Assembly (NCBI RefSeq): GCF_006345805.1
Contig: NC_042999.1
Location: 60,264,001-60,328,000, forward strand
Direction of reading: 5' to 3'
Origin: Octopus sinensis
Lineage: Eukaryota
Length of the DNA stretch: 64,000 bases
In this document: positions 1 through 12,986 of the stretch, in pieces
Layout: every line of letters begins with the position of its first letter
Numbering within the stretch: position 1 is the first letter of the stretch
Notes under the pieces: model-generated
Seen by the model: only the letters and a program-made list of their open reading frames with translations
The model's database searches: none
What the model was told of the DNA's origin: nothing
Translations under genes and position numbers: made by a program

Positions 1-3000
1 ATAGAGGGCATTATACATACATGCCAGGAGGCATTCTACATACACGCCATACGCTAAGAGGGACAATCATCATTTCTACCAAAATATTACTAATCTTCCT
101 ACGAATGCAATTTTCAAAGAAAGACATTTAAAAATATATAGACCTGTATCACAGTGATTTCATACTTACGTAATCATCAGCAGGCCTAATATACTATAAA
201 TAACAACGACCCTGCTTCGCTTAAGCCGATCAGCTAACTGATCACATCAAACGAAGCACATGGGTGAATTTATATATATATATCCGATGATGAATGGGCA
301 AACATTTACGAATTGCATTTCGGGAGAGGAAAAGTTTTTTCGGAATAAAAATTTAGCAATTAAGGACAACTACTTAATAAGGAAAACTTAACAAGAAATT
401 GTCAGGTAGATAGCGTAAAAACCTCATAAGAGAAAAATTTCGAAAATAATTATTTCTTATTGAACATATTAATTTATATATAGAGGGCATTATACATACA
501 TGCCAGGAGGCATCTACATACACGCCATATGCTAAGAGGACAATCAGTCATTTCTACCAAAAATATTACTAATCCTACCGAATGCAATTTTCAAAGAAAG
601 ACATTTAAAAATATATAGACCTGTATCACAGTGATTTCATACTTACGTAATCATCAGCAGGCCTGAATATACTATAAATAAACAACGACCCTGTTTCGCT
701 TAAGCCGATCAGCTAACTGATCAACATCAACGAAGCACATGGGTGAATTTATATATACTATATCCGGATGAATGGCAAACTTTTACGAATTGCATTTCGG
801 GAAAGGAAAAGTTTTTTCGGAATAAAAATTTAGCAATTAAGGACAACTACTTAATAAGGAAAACTTAACAAGAAATTGTCAGGTAGATAGCGTAAAAACC
901 TCATAAGAGAAAAAATTTCGAAAATAATTATTTCTTATTGAACATATTAATTTATATATAGAGGGCATTATACATACATGCCAGAGGCATTCTACATACA
1001 CGCCATACGCTAAGAGGGACAATCAGTCATTTCTACTACCAAAAATATTACTAATCCTACCGAATGCAATTTTTCAAAGAAAGACATTTAAAAATATATA
1101 GACCTGTATCACAGTGATTTCATACTTACGTAATCATCAGCAGGCCTGAATATACTATAAATAAACAACGACCCTGCTTCGCTTAAGCCGATCAGCTAAC
1201 TGATCAACATCAACGAAGCACATGGGTGAATTTATATATACTATAATATAATCCGGATGAATGGCAAACTTTTACGAATTGCATTTCGGGAGAGGAAAAT
1301 TTTTTTCGGAATAAAAATTTAGCAATTAAGGACAACTACTTAATAAGGAAAACTTAACAAGAAATTGTCAGGTAGATAGCGTAAAAACCTCATAAGAGAA
1401 AAATTTCGAAAATAATTATTTCTTATTGAACATATTAATTTATATATAGAGGGCATTATACATACATGCCAGGAGCATTCTACATACACGCCATACGCTA
1501 AGAGGGACAATCAGTCATTTCTACCAAAAATATTACTAATCCTACCGAATGCAATTTTTCAAAGAAAGACATTTAAAAATATATAGACCTGTATCACAGT
1601 GATTTCATACTTACGTAATCATCAGCAGGCCTGAATATACTATAAATAAACAACGACCCTGCTTCGCTTAAGCCGATCAGCTAACTGATCAACATCAACG
1701 AAGCACATGGGTGAATTTATATATACTATATCCGGATGAATGGCAAACTTTTACGAATTGCATTTCGGGAGAGGAAAAGTTTTTTCGGAATAAAAATTTA
1801 GCAATTAAGGACAACTACTTATAAGGAAAACTTACAAGAAATTGTCAGGTAGATAGCGTAAAAACCTCATAAGAGAAAAAATTTCGAAAATAATTATTTC
1901 TTATTGAACATATTAATTTATATATAAGGGCATTATACATACATGCCAGGAGGCATTCTACATACACGCCATACGCTAAGAGGGACAATCAGTCATTTCT
2001 ACCAAAAATATTACTAATCCTACCGAATGCAATTTTTCAAAGAAAGACATTTAAAAATATATAGACCTGTATCACAGTGATTACATACTTACGTAATCAT
2101 CAGCAGGCCTGAATATACTATATAAACAACGACAACGACCTGCTTCGCTTAAGCCGATCAGCTAACTGATCAACATCAACGAAGCACATGGGTGAATTTA
2201 TATATACTATATCCGGATGAATGGCAAACTTTTACGAATTGCATTCGGGAGAGGAAAAGTTTTTTCGGAATAAAAATTTAGCAATTAAGGACAACTACTT
2301 AATAAGGAAAACTAACAGAAATTGTCAGTAGATAGCGTAAAAACCTCATAAGAGAAAAAATTTCGAAAATAATTATTTCTTATTGAACATATTAATTTAT
2401 ATATAGAGGGCATTATACATATGCCAGGAGGCATTCTACATACACGCCATACGCTAAGAGGGACAATCAGTCATTTCTAATTCTACAAAAATATTACTAA
2501 TCCTACCGACCGAATGCAATTTTCAAAGAAAGACATTTAAAAATATATAGACCTGTATCACAGTGATTTCATACTTACGTAATCATCAGCAGGCCTGATA
2601 TACTATAAATAAACAACGACCCTGCTTCGCTTAAGCCGATCAGCTAACTGATCAACATCAACGAAGCACATGGGTGAATTTATATATACTATATCCGGAT
2701 GAATGGCAAACTTTTACGAATGCATTTCGGGAGAGGAAAAGTTTTTTCGGAATAAAAATTTAGCAATTAAGGACAACTACTTAATAAGGAAAACTTAACA
2801 AGAAATGTCAGGTAGATAGCGTAAAAACCTCATAAGAGAAAAACTTTCGAAAATAATTATTTCTTATTGAACATATTAATTTATATATAGAGGGCATTAT
2901 TACATGCCAGGAGGCATTCTACATACACGCCATACGCTAAGAGGGACAATCAGTCATTTCTACCAAAAATATTACTAATCCTACCGAATGCAATTTTTCA

Positions 3001-5448
3001 AAGAAAGACATTTAAAATATATAGACCTGTATCACAGTGATTTCATACTTACGTAATCATCAGCAGGCCTGAATATACTATAAATAAACAACGACCCTGC
3101 TTCGCTTAAGCCGATCAGCTAACTGATCAACATCAACGAAGCACATGGGTGAATTTATATATACTATATCCGGATGAATGGCAAACTTTTACGAATTGCA
3201 TTTCGGGAGAGGAAAAGTTTTTTCGGAATAAAAATTTAGCAATTAAGGACAACTACTTAATAAGGAAAACTTAACAAGAAATTGTCAGGTAGATAGCGTA
3301 AAAACCTCATAAGAGAAAAAATTTCGAAAATAATTATTTCTTATTGAACATATTAATTTATATATAGAGGGCATTATACATACATGCCAGGAGGCATTCT
3401 ACATACACGCCATACGCTAAGAGGGACAATCAGTCTTTCTACCAAAAATATTACTAATCCTACCGAATGCAATTTTTCAAAGAAAGACATTTAAAAATAT
3501 ATAGACCTGTATCACAGTGATTTCATACTTACGTAATCATCAGCAGGCCTGAATATACTATAAATAAACAACGACCCTGCTTCGCTTAAGCCGATCAGCT
3601 AACTGATCAACATCAACGAAGCACATGGGTGAATTTATATATACTATATCCGGATGAATGGCAAACTTTTACGAATTGCATTTCGGGAGAGGAAAAGTTT
3701 TTTCGGAATAAAAATTTAGCAATTAAGGACAACTACTTAATAAGGAAAACTTAACAAGAAATTGTCAGGTAGATAGCGTAAAAACCTCATAAGAGAAAAA
3801 ATTTCGAAAATAATTATTTCTTATTGAACATATTAATTTATATATAGAGGGCATTATACATACATGCCAGGAGGCATTCTACATACACGCCATACGCTAA
3901 GAGGGACAATCAGTCATTTCTACCAAAAATATTACTAATCCTACCGAATGCAATTTTTCAAAGAAAGACATTTAAAAATATATAGACCTGTATCACAGTG
4001 ATTTCATACTTACGTAATCATCAGCAGGCCTGAATATACTATAAATAAACAACGACCCTGCTTCGCTTAAGCCGATCACAGCTCTGATCAACATCAACGA
4101 AGCACATGGTGAATTTATATATACTATATCCGGATGAATGGCAAACTTTTACGAATTGCATTTCGGGAGAGGAAAAGTTTTTTCGGAATAAAAATTTAGC
4201 AATTAAGGACAACTACTTAATAAGGAAAACTTAACAAGAAATTGTCAGGTAATAGCGAGCGTAAAAACCTCATAAGAGAAAAAATTTCGAAAATAATTAT
4301 TTCTTATTGAACATATTAATTTATATATAGAGGGCATTATACATACATGCCAGGAGGCATTCTACATACACGCCATACGCTAAGAGGGACAATCAGTCAT
4401 TTCTACCAAAAATATTACTAATCCTACCGAATGCAATTTTTCAAAGAAAGACATTTAAAAATATATAGACCTGTATCACAGTGATTTCATACTTACGTAA
4501 TCATCAGCAGGCCTGAATATACTATAAATAAACAACGACCCTGCTTCGCTTAAGCCGATCAGCTAACTGATCAACATCAACGAAGCACATGGGTGAATCT
4601 ATATATACTATATCCGGATGAATGGCAAACTTTTACGAATTGCATTTCGGGAGAGAAAAGTTTTTTCGGAATAAAATTTAGCAATTAAGGACAACTAACT
4701 ACTTATAAGGAAAACTTAACAAGAAATTGTCAGGTAGATAGCGTAAAAACCTCATAAGAGAAAAAATTTCGAAAATAATTATTTCTTATTGAACATATTA
4801 ATTTATATATAGAGGGCATTATACATACATGCCAGGAGGCATTCTACATACACGCCATACGCTAAGAGGGACAATCAGTCATTTCTACCAAAAATATTAC
4901 TAATCCTACCGAATGCAATTTTTCAAAGAAACATTTAAAAATATATAGACCTGTATCACAGTGATTTCATACTACGTACTCATCAGCAGGCCTGAATATA
5001 CTATAAATAAACAACGACCCTGCTTCGCTTAAGCCGATCAGCTAACTGATCAACATCAACGAAGCACATGGGTGAATTTATATATACTATATCCGGATGA
5101 ATGGCAAACTTTTACGAATTGCATTTCGGGAGAGGAAAAGTTTTTTCGGAATAAAATTTAGCAATTAAGGACAACTACTTAATAAGGAAAACTTAACAAG
5201 AAATTGTCAGGTAGATAGCGTAAAAACCTCATAAGAGAAAAAATTTCGAAAATAATTATTTCTTATTGAACATATTAATTTATATATAGAGGGCATTATA
5301 CATACATGCCAGGAGGCATTCTACATACACGCCATACGCTAAGAGGGACAATCAGTCATTTCTACAAAAATATTACTAATCCTACCTAACCGAATGCAAT
5401 TTTTCAAAGAAAGACATTTAAAATATATAGACCTGTATCACAGTGATT
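1..5448. repeat. Tandem array of ~480-bp units (11 full units plus a partial 12th), retrozyme-like
   Basis: The unit start atagagggcattatac recurs at about 1, 480, 958, 1446, 1924, 2403, 2887, 3364, 3844, 4327, 4809 and 5286. Units differ mostly by small indels. The ORF track lists no ORF inside the array. Confidence 0.97.
140..187 (-). ncRNA. Type I hammerhead ribozyme motif (first copy; repeated once per array unit, e.g. 3503-3550)
   Basis: Minus strand reads AGGCCUG CUGAUGA UUAC-GUAA-GUAU GAAA UCA-CUG-UGA UA^CAGGUCU. It has an intact core, a 7-bp stem I, a GNRA-capped stem II, stem III and an AUA triplet. Confidence 0.85.
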
Positions 5449-5899
5449 CCTCTCCCGAAATGCAATTCGTAAAAGTTTGCCATTCATCCGGATATAGTAA
5501 TATTAAATTCACCCATGTGCTTCGTTGATGTTGATCAGTTAGCTGATCGGCTTAAGCGAAGCAGGTCGTTGTTTATTTATAGTATATTCAGGCCTGCTGA
5601 TGATTACGTAAGTATGAAATCACTGTGATACAGGTCTATATATTTTTAAATGTCTTTCTTTGAAAAATTGCATTCGGTAGGATTAGTAATATTTTTGGTA
5701 GAAATGACTGATTGTCCTCTTAGCGTATGGCGTGTATGTAGAATGCCTCCTGGCATGTATGTATAATGCCCTCTATATATAATTAATATGTTCAATAAGA
5801 AATAATTATTTTCGAAATTTTTTCTCTTATGAGGTTTTTACGCTATCTACCTGACAATTTCTTGTTAAGTTTTCCTTATTAAGTAGTTGTCCTTAATTG

Positions 5900-5900
<1 letters not shown>
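5449..5900 (-). repeat. Inverted, nearly complete copy of the array unit (fold-back), followed by (TA)n
   Basis: From 5449 (cctctcccgaaatgc) the sequence is the reverse complement of the unit, through to gttgtccttaattgc at 5900. Confidence 0.95.
5581..5644 (+). ncRNA. Type I hammerhead in the inverted unit, with extended bulged stem I
   Basis: agtatat-tc-aggcctg CTGATGA(5597-5603) ttac gtaa gtat GAAA(5616-5619) tcactgtga TA^(5629-5630) caggtct-atatatt. Confidence 0.85.
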
Positions 5901-5949
<49 letters not shown>

Positions 5950-6835
5950 CAGTGTAGCGCAAAACTTTTGTTAAATATATATATATATATATATACATAT
6001 AACGGGAAGCTTTATGAAAATAGACAAAAGACAAAGGCAGGTTTACGGAAATAAACAAAAGACGAAGGCAGATGGAATACAAACAAACAATTGTATTAGT
6101 ATGGCGCTCAGGAAATATAAATAAAACAAGTCTTTAACAGAAAGATACACAGAGAAAAAAACACAGAAAGAAGGAGAGAAAAAAAATATGCGTGCAGAAG
6201 CTAGCGAATCAACATGGCGATCTGATTTCGGCCAGAAGTCAAAGATCAAACATGAGACGCAAGAGCAAAATTAGGGGAGATAATAGGGTTGAATAACCTC
6301 GCTCCAACATAAGAGTGTGTGTGTGTATGAGAAGAGTGTGTGTGTGTGTATGAGAGAGTATTAGTGCGTATGAGAGGTCTGGACGTGTGTATGTATATAT
6401 GACGTGATGTGTAAAGTCGTATGGTGTAGTGTAGAGAGAGGAGAAGTGGGGGGAGGGGGAGGTAAGGGGGGAGGGGGAGAAAGAAAGGGGAGAAGAGGGG
6501 AGAAGAGGAGGGTGAAGGGGAAGGGGGTGAAGGAAGGAGAGGAGAAGAGGAGGGGGGAGAAGGAAGGAGAGGAGAAGAGGAGGGGAGAGGAGGAGGGAGG
6601 ATAGAGGGAGAGAGAGAGAGAGAGAAGGGGAGTGAGGGAGCAGAGAGAAAGAGGGAAGGGGAAGAAGGAGGGAGGGAGAAAGAGGGAAGAAGGGAAGAGG
6701 AGTAGGGTTGAAAGGATGAAGGACTGAAGAGAAGTAGGGGTCGGGGGGAGGTTAGATGAGGAGGGGGGAGAGGGGGGTTAGATGAGGAGGGGGGAGAGTT
6801 GAGACCAAATGGCGTATAAGAGCGAAGAGAGAAGA

Positions 6836-7231
6836 TTAATTCCTGTTCACGGCACAAACGGGAATCCGGATGGCCTCTGTGTAAGGACAAACCGAACACA
6901 GACAGGTGTTGCAAGGGTGACCGGTGGAGCGGAAATGGCGTGAGACCGGTGTGTCGTTCGCAAGGCGGATGTCACGAAGGTGTTCCGCGAACCGGTCAGC
7001 CAAGCGGCGTCCCGTTTGTCCGATGTACAGGGAATGGCAGAGAGAGCAAGAGACGCAATAAATAATATTGCTGGAGGTGCAGGTGAAGGAGTTGATGATG
7101 CGATAGGGTTGATAATGGGTGCCAGTGAGGAGGGTGGTGTTGGAGAGGTAAGGGCAAGTGCGGCAACGTGGGCGGGAGCAGGGGAACGACCCAGATTGGG
7201 AGGTAGGGTCAGGGAAGGAGCTATGGACCAA
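6836..7231 (-). pseudogene. PLE GIY-YIG endonuclease with Cys-rich linker
   Basis: CSRPRCRTCP ... FTCTSSNIIYCVSCSLCHSLYIGQTGRRLADRFAEH ... PVSRHF. The frameshifted C-terminus EQELIFSLRSYTPFGLN lies in the next ORF. Confidence 0.9.
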
Positions 7232-7326
7232 AAGGTCTCGAAGGTTATGGGCTCGTTTGAAAGAGGGGAGGGGTCGGTTAGGGAAGAGGTGTGAAGTGGA
7301 CGGGTCGGACTGGAGATGACGGAAAG

Positions 7327-8885
7327 CTAGAAGAATGGTGCGTTAGAGAGGTAGGGTCGTGGGGTGGTAAGTGAGGGGAAAGGGAGGTGGGAGACTACAG
7401 GGCGGGTTCGGGGAGAGAGAGCAGATACACGGTCCACGGAACGTGCTCTGGCAAGGGCGGTGTGGATAGTGGTGAGGGGGTATCCACGTAGGATGAAGTG
7501 GTGAGCCATACGTTGAGACTGAGTCTCAAAGTCATGGTCGTCACTACAGAGCCTACGTAGACGGAGGAATTGGGAGTAGGGGATGGAAAGCTTGGTGTGT
7601 TCTGGGTGGGAGGAAGAGAAGTTGAGGTATGAGTGTGAGTCTGTGTGTTTGTAGTGAATGGAGGTGGTAAGAGTGGAGTGAAGAATGCTAACCGAAATGT
7701 CGAGGAAGGAGACAGAGGTGTTGGAGATAGTGGAAGTGAAGTGGAGGGCTGGATGAAAAGATTGAACGAAAGAGAGGAAGGAATCTAGATGTTCACGGGA
7801 GAGTGAGGTGGCACCGATAATGTCGTCAATGTAACGACCATATAGTTCAGGAGTGGGACCAGTGAAATTAGAGAATATTTGGGCCTCAACATAGCCAACG
7901 AACAGGTTCGCATAGTTGGGGTAGAACTGATGGTAGAACTCGCCCGTGAACGAGAAGCAGTTAAGAGTAAGGACAAGTTCGGCCAGACGAATGAGTGTGG
8001 AGGTGTCAGGTTCCGAGTTGGAGCGGAGGTCAAGAAAGTGTTGAAGTGCCTGCAATCCTTCGTGGTGAGGGATAACGGTATAGAGGCTCTGAATGTCCAT
8101 AGTAAAAAGGATTTTGGAGGAGCTGGGAGGAAAGGAGAAAGAGTTGAAAAGCCGGAGAGCATGGTTGGTATCGTGGATGTGGGAGGGAAGAGATGACACT
8201 AGGGGGCAAGGACACGGTCGAGGTATTTAGAGATGAGCTCCGTGGGGCAGTTACAGGCGGAGACGATGGGGCGGCCAGGGTTGTTGGGTTTGTGGATTTG
8301 GGGGAGGAAGTAAATGGTGGGGGTACGTGGGGTTCACACAATTAGGTTGGATGCGGTGTGGGGGAGACGGGAGGACGAGATGAGGTCGCGGACAGTAGAG
8401 GATACCGTCTGTTGGTAGCTACGTGTGGGGTTAGAGGACAGAGGGGAGTAGAAGGAGGTGTCATTGAGTTGGCGGAGAGCCTCGGCCCTGTAGAGGTCCG
8501 CGCGCCACACCACTACAGCTCCACCCTTGTCAGCCGGTTTGATGATAATGTCAGCGCGCCGTTGGAGGGAACGAAGAGCTGAGAGCTCAGCCGGGGAGAT
8601 ATTGAGGCGGCGTTGGCGCCTGGAGAAGTTGAACCGCTCCAATGCACGCTGACAAGCGCCCACGAAAAGATCCACTGCTAGGAACTGGCCGGGGGCAGGC
8701 GTCCACGGGGATGGTCGGCGGCCCAGGTCAGTGAAGCAGTCCTCTTCGTTGGATGTGGGTGGTGAGTCGCGGTAATGCGCACCCAACCGGACGCGGCGCA
8801 CAAAGCTGTGGACATCAACTCGCGTCTGGAATTCCATACAGGATGGAGTGAGGGGGATGAAACGCAGACCCCTACTATGGACGGA
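7327..8885 (-). pseudogene. PLE reverse transcriptase, disrupted
   Basis: Motifs [55 protein letters not shown] and HPEHTKLSIPYSQFLRLRRLCS. In-frame TGA at 8334-8336, frameshift near 8203, and the G-x-A-M-G motif is missing between FYHQ and PNYANLF. Confidence 0.92.
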
Positions 8886-8920
8886 GCGTATATATATATA
8901 TATTATATATATATATATAT

Positions 8921-9075
8921 ATAGCTGTGTGGTAAGGAGCTTGCTTCCCAACCATATGTTTCCGGGCTCGGTCTCGCGGCATGCCATCTTGGTCGAGTGT
9001 CTTATTCTATAGCTTCGAGCCGACCAAATCCATGTAAGTGGATCTGGTAGACGGAAACTGAAAGAAGCCCGTCAT
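8921..9075 (+). mobile_element. SINE family A (tRNA-like head), 5' half; tail resumes at 10337-10487 after a Tc1 insertion
   Basis: Matches the other family-A copies in the window (gctgtgtggtaag ... ggtagacggaaactgaaagaagccc). Confidence 0.8.
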
Positions 9076-9090
9076 GTATATATATATATT

Positions 9091-10340
9091 CAAGGGTTGG
9101 ACAAAATACCTAGCATCATAGCATCATAATTTCGAAATATTTATAACACTGTCAAAAGCTTGTTTATTTTTATGTTTTTTTTATTTATTATTTGAACTGC
9201 TCAATATGTTTTGCTAAAATTGCTGTTTCTTTTCATATATCATCAGAAAAAAGTAATTAAAATTCATTAAAATGACAGATCTATCAAACTTTCAAAGAGG
9301 TCAAATTGTTGTTGATCGTATGGCAGGCGCTACCATAACGAAAACAGCCGAAATGTTTGGTGTATCCAGAAGTACTGTCTCGAAAGTAATGACAGCGTTT
9401 GAGGGAGAGGGAAAAACGGCCTTGTTGAAGCAAAACTCCGGAAGAAAACCAAAACTTTCAGATAGACCGTCGGTCTCTTACGCGAATTCTTAGAAAGGAT
9501 GACAGAAGTACAGCTCTCAAAATGACTGCAGAGCTTAATGACCACCTTGAGAAATCATTTTCCACAAAACCTGTTCGCCGGGAGCTGCGCAAAGCCGGAT
9601 TTCACGGGAGGGCTGCAGTCAGAAAACGACTACTTTCAAAAACAAACATTGCAAAGTTTTCAGGGTGGATTAAAAACCTACAGAATTGGTTCCTAGAGCA
9701 GTGAAAGAATGTTACTTTCTCGGACGAGTCATCCTTTAACTTATTTCCGGCCACCGGCCGAGTATACGTGTGGAGACAACGAAAAGAAGCATTTGACCCA
9801 GACTGCCTTCTTCTAACTGTTAAACATGGAGGAGAATCTGTGATGATCTGGTGATGGGGCTATATCTTGGAAATCTGCCTTTTCTCTTCATGGCAGAATA
9901 AATAGTCAAGACTATTTAAGCATTTTATCTGATCAAATTCATCCTATGTTTGCGGAACTGTTTCCGCAGGGAAATACAATCTTTCAGGATGATAATGCAC
10001 CAGTTCACACAGCTAAAGTTGTTTACTGAATGTCACGAGGAACATTCTAGTGAAGTTGAACATCTTATCTGGCCACCATAGTCCCCAGATCTCAATATTC
10101 TTGAACATTTTAGAAAAGCAAGTAAGGAATCGATATCCATCCACCACCATTACTTCAAGAACTGGAGACTGTTTTAGCTGAAGAATGGACAAAAATTCCT
10201 TTGGAAACAATTAAAACTCTGTACGAGTCCCTACTTCTTAGAATTCAAGCTGTAATTATTGCCAAAAGCGGTCCTATCCCATAATAAAATTAATTTGTTT
10301 GAAATTTTAAGGTGTTTCCATTATTTTGTTCAATCCCGTA
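9091..10340 (+). mobile_element. Tc1-family DNA transposon, decayed transposase
   Basis: HTH start MTDLSNFQRGQIV at 9272, then FSDES (~9717), IFQDDNAPVH (~9979) and SPDLNILEH (~10080). Imperfect TIRs: caagggttggacaaaata and tattttgttcaatcccg. Confidence 0.9.
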
Positions 10341-11147
10341 ACTTAGCGATTCAGCAAAAGAGACCAATAGAGTAAGTACTAGGCTTATAAAGAATAAGTT
10401 TTAGGGTTGACTACTTCGACTAAAAAACCTTTAAGTCGGTACTCCAGCATCACGGCAGTCAAAGTGACTGACACAAGTAGAAGAAGAAACGAATGTTATA
10501 TATACTCGTTTGTATTATGAAATATTAATTCTAACTGACACAGCTAAATCAAGTATAACGTTTAAATTTTGTTAACATTCCCTCAAATATTGATGTAGAT
10601 ATCTAACAGTTCAGCAGACGATAACACATTTTGATATTAGAATGAATTACCAGAAACTCTGCTCCAGGCTTTATGAGGCTGTTACACGCATATTCATTGC
10701 ATTTAATATTACGCGTAAATTAGGTAACGATTAATCTTCCGAAAGTGATAAAACCGTGCAATAATATCTGATAGATTAACTGAAATGATACCTGGTAGGT
10801 TTAAAACATGAAAAGAGAAATAAGTGTATAGGATTTTATTAGATCGAATCAATGAATATTAAGCACCTGGCTCATTTATTTTAAATGAAGAAAAGCTGCG
10901 AAAGGAAGAAAAAAAGATTGACCTCAATCTGATGTATATATATATATATATATATATACACATACGTATTAACTTGAGGTGATTTTGTGTTTTTAGCTAT
11001 TTACATATATCTTACCGTGATATATTGCAAAAAATATACAGGGACTACAAAAAAGATTCACACATATGTCCTCACATATATGCATGTATGTGTGAAAATG
11101 TATGTAAGCATGTACATATATTTATGTTTATATCTGTTACAGAATTA

Positions 11148-11516
11148 GGCCTGCAAGGATCCGTGGGTGTGTGTGGTGAGATGCTTGCTTCCCAAACATA
11201 TGGCTCCGGGTTCAGACCTATATAGCACCTTGGGCAAATGCAATGCCTTCTGTTGTAGCTTCGGGCAGACCAGTGCCTTGTGAGTGGATTTGGCAGATGG
11301 AAACTGAAAGAAGCCTATCGTATAGATACATATATATATATATATATATATATATGCGTGTGTACACGTGCTCGAAACATGGCGGTTCGGCAAAATAGAC
11401 CGATAAAATAAGTACTAGGTTTGTAAAGAATAAGTCCTGCGGTCGAGTTTTTGTACTAAAACAACCTTTAAAAGTGGTGCTCCAGCATGGCCACAGTCAA
11501 ATTACTGAAACAATTA
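11148..11516 (+). mobile_element. SINE family A copy
   Basis: Same head, internal (TA)n and tail (ccagcatggccacagtcaaa) as the other copies. Confidence 0.8.
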
Positions 11517-11525
11517 CACACACAT

Positions 11526-11592
<67 letters not shown>

Positions 11593-12986
11593 TAAACTTT
11601 GAATGTTCATAGCAGTCAATAATATTAAAACTGTTTATCAATTTGTTTGAATGTACAAAGTTCATTAATTTTAGTGGTAGTCGACAAGTCATACTGAAAA
11701 AAAACAAAAAAAAACAAAAAACAAATGTGAAATGAAAATAGTGAAAAAAGAAATTTGGTTTACAGTTTCTCTGATCTTCTTCTAGTAGACACTTTCGCTT
11801 GTAGTGGTATGTTTGGGATCAGATGTATTTATAATTCTTTCCGCGAGAGGATCTGATTTTTGATTCGTTAAAATACTCTGCGCAGTAGATTTGAAAAAAT
11901 TAAGATGTATAAACAAGAGACATACAGTTGATTGCCTCGTATATATAAATATTCAATCTGAAGTGTACCTGTTGATGACGATTTTATCTAGCAAATTATC
12001 TTATTTGCTAAACTAAAATTAGAAACCAATTGGTCCAGGAAACTAGATGGTAAAAGTTTTTATTGTTCATTTCGTTCCTTTCGGAATTTTATCCCTAATT
12101 TTGTGGTTTTAGAACCTAGCTGTTCTTTCTAGCGTGATGAATGATGAATCCCATGAGCGGATTCCTCTTATGTGTATAAATGTACACTGTATTATATATA
12201 TAAAACACGTATATGTATGTATATGTATATGTATATATGAATATATATTATATACACACGCATGCACGCACACATACATACACACATAAACAAATAATAC
12301 AGCAATATTAAAATACTATACAATATAAATTCTGGGTTTATCAAAATTATCTCCGCTTCTATGCCATGTATCATAACTACCAAATGGCAACGAAGATCAG
12401 TGACACCTGCTTAGCTGAAATACATTGAAATTCTTACGATAGATCAAGGCATATATAGATGGTACTAACATCTATTGAGTTAACTAATGAAGCTTGCACC
12501 TGGCAATGTAATAAATCTAGGCCTGCATATATTTTATTGGTAATGCTTGGCCATGTTAATGTAAAATTATATGTGGAAGATATTAACACACATAGCAAGA
12601 CTTCAGAAGAATGTCTGCCAACAAAATTCTATGTAGGTGGCATTTAGTAAATCAAGGGAACGGAAAAGAGACATTCGGATATAGATTTCAGAGAAAGATA
12701 GGTAAATTTTATCGTTCATCATGATACGTGTTCAATTATATCTAACGTGTCTCCCCACCACAATCACCATTATCACTGACGTCACCGTTATCGACTTCAT
12801 TCCCAATACTGACGCCACTATAAGCATTAACATCATCGTCAGTCGCACCACCATCACTACACTCAGCATCGAAACCAATAACACCGCCTCCACAAACAAT
12901 ATCAATAATAGCGAAGCCACCAGTAGCAGAAGAACCATAACCAAAAACGACAATAAAAATCCGCGATTATTATTAACACCACCACA

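Larger units (their letters stand above)
5948..8888 (-). mobile_element. Penelope-like retroelement (RT + C-terminal GIY-YIG; Neptune/Poseidon-like), 5'-truncated and decayed
   Basis: PLE-type RT and GIY-YIG translations, a CT-rich tail (6250-6830) and a pLTR-like 3' region (5948-6250). Bounded by (TA)n on both sides. Confidence 0.9.

Noticed and set aside
1-5448. CRISPR-like or tRNA/rRNA gene array interpretation of the tandem repeat
   Set aside because: No unique spacers and no cloverleaf or rRNA similarity seen; the context is eukaryotic.
9225-9250. CUGAUGA..GAAA on the minus strand in the Tc1 5' region
   Set aside because: Only 5 nt lie between the core halves and stems I and III do not form; a chance match.
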